Shown piece by piece: positions 35,842 through 41,813 of a stretch of DNA of 41,813 bases; within the stretch, counting starts at the first letter, position 1; each line of letters opens with the position of its first letter. The translations under genes were made by a program, and so were the position numbers. This stretch comes from Rhizaria sp. SCN 62-66 (lineage: Eukaryota), in contig MEDY01000006.1 of assembly GCA_001724265.1 (NCBI GenBank), forward strand, positions 124,001 through 165,813. The letters run 5' to 3'. The notes beneath the pieces are model-generated. The model made no database searches. It was not told where the DNA came from and saw only the letters and a program-made list of their open reading frames with translations.

Positions 35842-36478
35842 TTACCGGGCGAGGTACTCAAGAGCTGTCAACAGGCATGCGGGAGCAAGCAACGGTCACA
35901 TAGTGGGCGAAGAGAAGGAGCGCGCAAATTGGTGAAACGTGAGCATAAAGGGTCGTAGATTGATGTAAAACTTCGCGTTAAAATGCATGACGTCAATGAA
36001 TATCTTCTGAAAGAGTATTGGGTTCATAATAAAATACGCTGCTGAGATATAGCGAATGTAGCAATGATGCATGAGAGAATGAGTCTGTGTGAAGAGTGAA
36101 CGTACGACGGCGCTGGCGCATCTTGTAGAGGATGCGGTAGCCGCAGCTGTGGCAGACAACGTTGTCAGCGCCAAGGGTAACCTGGTTCTGAGTAGAGCAG
36201 GCTAAGAAACGCAACCGAGAGATCGCGCGTGCGAGAGAGATTGGGGGAAAGGGGCAGTAGGAAGGAGAGTGAGCGAAGGGTAACAATGCATGCTCTGACA
36301 AAGCGAAACGAAGTCGAGACAGGCTGCGGGAGAAACAAAAGGGTAGAGAGAATGAAGACGTACAGCCACAGATGAAGCCGGAGGGACGGTTCTCCTCGCG
36401 GTAGTTGCGGGTGAGGTGAGAGCCGATGACAGCCTTGGGGGCAGCAGCCGCGGGTGTGGTGGTCGCGGTCTCAGACAT
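35842..36478 (-). CDS. RPB12: RNA polymerases I/II/III shared subunit RPABC4 (RPB12/POLR2K), 77 aa
   Basis: Exons 36478-36364, 36201-36106, 35864-35842 give ...GFICGSCSTQNQVTLGADNVVCHSCGYRILYKMRQRRPLEYLAR* (TAA): zinc ribbon CxxC..CxxCGYRILYK and terminal AR. Confidence 0.93.
35865..36105 (-). other. Spliceosomal intron 2 of RPB12 (241 nt)
   Basis: GTACGT...TGACAG; supplies the conserved C-terminal EYLAR*. Confidence 0.88.
36202..36363 (-). other. Spliceosomal intron 1 of RPB12 (162 nt, stop-free in frame)
   Basis: GTACGT...TCTTAG; removal restores the first CxxC (CGSC). Confidence 0.9.
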
Positions 36479-37050
36479 GTCTGCGCGCAAGACAAAAGAC
36501 ACATGGGATGTAATAAAGAGAAATGTTAGAAAATCGTATCTAAAATGACTGGGTGTCGCGGCACAAGCGAATGACGGAAGCAAGATGATCAGAATTGGTG
36601 TGAAGAAACAACTCCGCGACGGCTTCCGAGAACTAGGCCCGCCAGCCACGGTCGCTGGGCGCCTCTGTGGTGTAGCCTAATTCTACATGCAACTTCACAT
36701 GATCAACATTATCCGCACTATATTCCAGGGAATTCAATTTATTTTTGCAACTTTTATATTAATCCGTTTCTCATTTCCCACATGACGATATAAGCCAAGT
36801 GTCCCGACCTCTGCCCACGCCTCCACCCCCCTACTCTCACCACTTTCCCGCGTCCATCCCCATTCGATCCTCACCCGCGCTATCCATCATCCTGGACTTC
36901 AATAGCGATATCAATTGAATATCTTGGTTTTACGAGTGGTTATTACGTGGTTATTTAGGTTTTACGTCTTAACCCCTCCACGGGGGCGACATACCCCCCT
37001 AATTCGCGTTCCTGGCACCCAGCTGCAACAGCTCTCGCACCCTCGCTCCC
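36479..37050. promoter_or_regulatory. Divergent intergenic region between RPB12 and RMI1
   Basis: 572 bp between opposite ATGs; AT-rich core near 36720-36780 and a C-rich leader on the + strand. Confidence 0.5.
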
Positions 37051-40000
37051 ATGCCACCGCAGCAGCGCCCGCAGGCCCGCGCCGCGCCCGACCCAGCACT
37101 CGTTTCCGCCGTTGTCGCCGCCCTTCGCGCGACGGGCTTGCCCGCCTCCGAGCCCTGGCTGCTCTCGTTCCTCGCCTCACACCCGCACCCGCCGCCGCCG
37201 CTCCCTGCCAGCGCCGCCAGCGGTGACGCCGCGGGCTCGACCGCGCTGGTGCCGGCCGCGCGCGTGCCGTGGTGCCCGGCGTCGCTGTACTTTGCGGGGT
37301 ACGCGGCGCTGATGGACCTGGACTGGGCGGACCCGGCGGCGGACTCGCCGGCGCGCCTGCTCAGCCCTCTCGTACCACAGCACAACAACAACAACAATTA
37401 CAACATCAATCACAACAACAGTATCACTCAGAATGATAAAGGCAGCAATAACGCTGCTGGCTTGTTATATCCAGCTCCCATTCAACCTCCCCAGAACAAC
37501 AGCAGTCTCGGTCCCGCTTCCACAGCTCTGGTCCCAACAACGTCATCGTCAGTCGGCACTAGCTCGCATCCGCAGGATACGGCGACCGCCCCTTCATTTT
37601 CCTTCGCCGCGGCGGCGGCCGCGCAGCCGTGGGTGCTGCGGGGCCCGCTCGTTGCGCAGGTGGCCGCGCGCCGCGACGTCGCGCACTGCGCGCAAGACCG
37701 CGCCAACGCGCGCGCGCGAGCCGCCGAACGGGAGAAGGCGCGCGCCGACGCCGAAGCGCTCAAACAGGTCGCCGCCGCGGTCGCGGTTGCCGGCAGCGCG
37801 GGCGCCAGTAGTGGCGCTGGCGCGGGGTTTAAGGGAAAAGGCAGGGGCAAGGGCAAGGCAGGCGATATTGCAAACGCGAGCGCCGGTGATAATGAGAGTA
37901 GTGCAGTTGTTGTTGCGGCTGTGCCGACGGGAGTCGTGTTTGGCGTCGATTTGAACACAAAGGACGACGACGACAGTCTCGGCAACGGCCTATTCGGCAA
38001 AGGCAAGGACACCGACGATGACGACGATGATGGCGACAAAGACGACGTCGACTTGGCGTTGCTTTCTAAGCCGCAAATGAAGCTCAACTTCTGCTTCGGC
38101 GGCAGCGCAACGGGAGTTGGAGTCGAAGTCCTGCCGATCCAAGGCATCTCAACTGCGCCGGCACCCGGACTGCTGCTACCGAACAACGTCGGCAACAACT
38201 ACACTCAACCCTTCCCGTCGACATCGTCAGCCGCAAGCTCCTCCGCCTCAGCCTCAGCCTCTGCCTCCGCGACTGCAGCAACTGGTGGGTTGAGTGCGAG
38301 CGCGACGTCGGCGTCCCCGCTGCTGTACCTTTGCGACGCGCTGACGCGGGCGCGCGCGGCGAGCGTGGGCATGCCCGCGACCGCGCTGGCGCACCGGGCG
38401 GCCACGGCCACGCGAAAAACTACCGTGATCACGCCCAGCGGCCCGAACAACCCCGCTAACACCAGCCATGCTGACAATGCCAACGCTGTGGGATCTGGAG
38501 GCGTGAAGGGCAGGGGAAGCAAAGCCATCGCTGCCGCTGCTGCTGCCGCCGCAACTGCTGCTGCTCCTGGCAGCAGCGCGGCGGGCAACGCCAGCGGTGC
38601 GGCGGGCAGCGCCAGCGGGGCGATCGCGGTCGGCAGCGGCGTCGTGCTGGTGCGGCCCACGGTCAAAGTGCTGCTAACCAACTGCCCGGTGCACGTGGGC
38701 CTGCTGCTGTTGGATCCCGCGAACTGCTACCTCGTGCCGCACCCGCCCACGGTCACGCCCTTACACCTGACCCCATTGTATCGGCACAACAGCGCGAAAC
38801 ACGGCAAGTTCGGTGGCGGCGGTCTCGACCCCGGCTCGAGTGTTGCCGACGCTCTCAGTGGAGTGAGTGGTGGTCCCGCCAGTGGCAGTGGACGGGGCGC
38901 GCAGTTGTGGGCGCAGTGGATCCCCCACAGCCAGCTCAGCCTCGCTCTGATTAACGCCACTGCTCACAGACACTTGTTCTCTGCCTCTGCTGCTGGCTCT
39001 GCGACTGCGGCTGCGGCAGCTCGCGGTCACAGTATCCCGCCGCCACAGCCCGTGCGCGTGCCCGCCGCGTGTGTGGCCGAGCGGCCGGTCGCGCACGGTT
39101 TCCCGGCCCCGGTGCCGTGGCGCGGCTGGGAGGAGCGCGAGACGGCCCGGGCCAAGGAACACGAGAAGGAACTCGAGGCCAGGGCCAAGGAACAGGATGC
39201 CAGGGTGAAAGAGCATGAGGCCGCGAAGGCGAGCAGTGTGTCGCTGTACACGCGGCAACGGGATATTGTCCCCAGCGCGGGTGCGACCGCCAACACAAGC
39301 GCCACCACGAACCTGAATGCCATCAGTAGCGCAACTGCGGGTGCGTCTGTTGCTCTGAATGCCACTGCTGCTTCTTCGGCAGCAGTAACGGGCAATTCAA
39401 GTGCTGATGTGGGCAGTAACAGCAGCTTCGCTTACGGAAACAAAAGCACCGTCAACCCCAGTCACGTTAACGCCAACGGCACTGTTAGTAATGCTAAGAG
39501 CTTTAACGCATATTCCGCAATGTCTTCTATCTCTTATGATCTCAAAATACGCAATCACAACGTCACAATGCGTGACAATGACAACGACAGAGACAGTGAC
39601 CTCGAGATTACTTCCGTGTTCACTCAAAAAGACTCTTTCACGCAAGGTAAAGAAAACATATGTCGTGCTTACGCAAGCGCGGGCTTCAAAGTGGAGCAAC
39701 AGCAGCAACAACAGCATCTAGGGCAATACTAGACACACCTTAGCTCGAGCTCAAGCATTGCCAACTACAACGGAAGCTCTAGGTCAAGCTCCAATGCTAG
39801 TCCTCCTGCTGTGGCCGGTGATATTGTCGTCGCGACTGCCGCAAGCGTCGCCGTCGCCTACACCGCCGGCTCTGCCGCCTTCTTGCACTCGCTGGGCGTC
39901 CCCTCCACCGCTGCCGTGAGCGCGGGCAGCGAGTTTATGGCGACTCTGCCGCTGCCCAACGTGCCAGCAAGCTTTACACCCGGGCAGAGCAGCGTGCTGC

Positions 40001-41460
40001 GGCGGAAGAGCAGCTGGAGCAAGAGCCAGGGTCAGGGCAGCAACGACAACAACACACAGCTGAGCCGGAGCCAGAGCCAGAGTCGGAGTCAGAGCCCGAG
40101 CCAGAGCCAGAGCGACATCAATGCGAGTCCCAACGAGTTCGAGACCGAGGCTGACGCTGCGCTGCTGTGGCTCGAAAAACTGCTGCCTTCATCACGCCTG
40201 CCGCTGTTCACGTTGTTCTTGGTGCTCATGCACAAACTCTCCAACGTGTCGTCGACTCAAGCTACAGCAGCGCCGCTTGCAGCCGCAGGCGCCACTACAA
40301 AGACTGTTGAGGCGGCGTCGGCAGCGGATAACGCCGCTTTCACAACGGTGTTAACCGAGGCGGAGCTGGCCACCGCGGCGCCTCTCGCTGACATCATTAC
40401 AGCGCGCACGACTGCTGCTGCGGTCATGAAGCAATTCTGGCCCACGTGCGGCTTGACTTCTCCGAATGGCGGCCTAACTTCTCCGACGGGATCTGACTCC
40501 GCACCGGCAATTTCGCCGACTGCGAGTGGTGTTGTCGCCGGTGCGGTAAGCGTGTGCATCACTGACCCTGTTGACATAAAGACGTTCACGATTGTTCCTA
40601 CAAGCAACGCGAGCAATTCGGCAGCGGCGACGAGCCGTGAGTGCGTTGCACTTCGGATCACGCACTCACACTGCTATTGTGCTGCTAACAACGCGCACAT
40701 CAATACCAACTCTTATAACAGCAGCAGTGCGACTTCTGCGAGCGCCACTGCTGGTGACACTTCTGCGCTCATGTGTCACATTTGCTCTCAGGCACGGGAG
40801 CAGCAGCAACAACAACACCGCTCGCAGGCGCTGTTTGAGCACGATGTCGTCGATGTGCTCTGTGCGCCTCCTCGCGCGCGGCTTACTTTGAATTCCCCTG
40901 TGCGGCTGAACTTCCCCGCGCCGTGGCAACTCGCGCAAGCGTGGTCGCGGTGGACGCATCAAGTCCTGCGCTGGATTAGTCTGAGCAGTGCATTTGGCGC
41001 TAATGCTCTCGCGAAAGCCGGCGCGGCGGCAGCAGCGGCGATAATGGCGGGCGACAGCGACGGCACTCTGTGGGAAGCAATCGTGATGTCCACTCTCCAC
41101 GCTGCAATCCTCTCGCGCGCCTCCACGGCCGCTGACACGGCATTAGCAGCAGCAGCAGCAGCAGCAACGGCAGCGTCACCCGCAGCGGAGGACGGGCCGT
41201 GGGCAGTTCTCACGGTTGTGACCAAGGTCCTGAGGGTGTTGGTGGCGATGCAAGGCAAACTTGTGTTTGTGCCTGTCACGCCTGCGCGCGACATCAAGCA
41301 CAACTTCCTCGGTCTGCAACAGCCAGTAGCAATGGGGGGCGCGAGTGCGAATGTTACTGCTTATGGTGGCGTGAATCGTGCGAACGCTGTTGTCCCGCGC
41401 GAGTCGACGAGGCTGGCTTTGTCTTTCAATGTTTGCGCAATTGCGGAGCAACTTGAGTAA
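37051..41460 (+). CDS. RMI1: RecQ-mediated genome instability protein 1 (RMI1)-like, ~1469 aa, one reading frame containing an in-frame TAG at 39730-39732
   Basis: N-terminal RMI1 elements: LPASEPWLLSFL, LRGPLVAQV..RDVA, QMKLNFCFG..GVEVLPI, VKVLLTNCPVHVGLLLLDPANC. The frame resumes directly after the TAG and runs to TAA 41458-41460 with weaker RMI1_C-like elements (PLFTLFLVL, IITART, VSVCITDP, LRVLVAMQGKLVF). Confidence 0.7.
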
Positions 41461-41732
41461 TCAGGTGACAGTCACACACTCAATATTTATGGAGCTGTAT
41501 CCATGATATTTGTTATAATAGCATCGATATTTAGTTAAACAACTTTGATTTCGAACTCTAATGCAATAAATATACTTAGATTTGATTGATTCACTTTCTA
41601 TTTACCGGAATCATGTCAAGATTTCAGCAAAGACACTACAGGTCAAAGTTATCGTCAATGTCACAATGAGGATTTTCATGTTTATGTGTGCTGTATTAGA
41701 TTTGCTTACTTTACAGTAGTATAGGATGGAGC

Positions 41733-41813
41733 GGACTATAACTCACACGAACAAAATGAACTATCACAACTCACACAATCACAACTCAGTCACTGAGGAC
41801 TATAACTCACACG
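41733..41813 (+). repeat. 17-bp direct repeat GGACTATAACTCACACG x2 with related ACAACTCA units between; truncated by the window end
   Basis: Copies at 41733-41749 and 41797-41813. Confidence 0.75.

Noticed and set aside
34346-39732. Pyrrolysine or motif-programmed readthrough as the explanation for the TAGs
   Set aside because: Pyrrolysine is not known in eukaryotes, and the two downstream contexts (CAGCAG, ACACAC) share no motif and do not match CARYYA.
39647-39782. Possible intron (GTAAAG donor) removing the RMI1 TAG
   Set aside because: The donor deviates from the 10/10 GTACG pattern, nearby YAG acceptors (39732, 39743, 39782) are out of phase, and the segment encodes a poly-Gln tract with no pyrimidine tract.
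41733-41813. Spaced direct repeats as a possible CRISPR array or element terminus
   Set aside because: Eukaryotic context, two 17-bp copies only, the spacer is made of related units, and the window ends there.

Overview
Eukaryotic (protist-like) nuclear DNA with GC-rich exons and AT-rich introns and spacers. It holds the 3' end of one gene plus eight complete genes, assembled by hand from 10 spliceosomal introns that all begin GTACG and end YAG. In order: a PdeD/PdeE-type metallo-beta-lactamase + cNMP-binding phosphodiesterase (-), head-to-head with a 4xGAF + TKL kinase (+); a TUG/ASPSCR1-like UBX protein (-), head-to-head with DHX37/Dhr1 (+); a TIS11-like CCCH protein (+); a NEK2-like kinase (-); and RPB12 (-), head-to-head with RMI1 (+). 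Most proteins are inflated by low-complexity tracts. Main observation: all nine credible gene ends are TAA or TGA, while two genes (RMI1, NEK) each carry one in-frame TAG in or beside a Gln-rich tract, with coding sequence continuing in frame. In RMI1 the TAG separates the N- and C-terminal OB-fold regions. This suggests a variant nuclear genetic code with UAG as a sense codon (probably Gln) and UAA/UGA as stops, but it rests on only two good sites. Second observation: a divergent cNMP phosphodiesterase / GAF-kinase pair that may form a cyclic-nucleotide signalling module. Family assignments come from motif recognition, not database searches.
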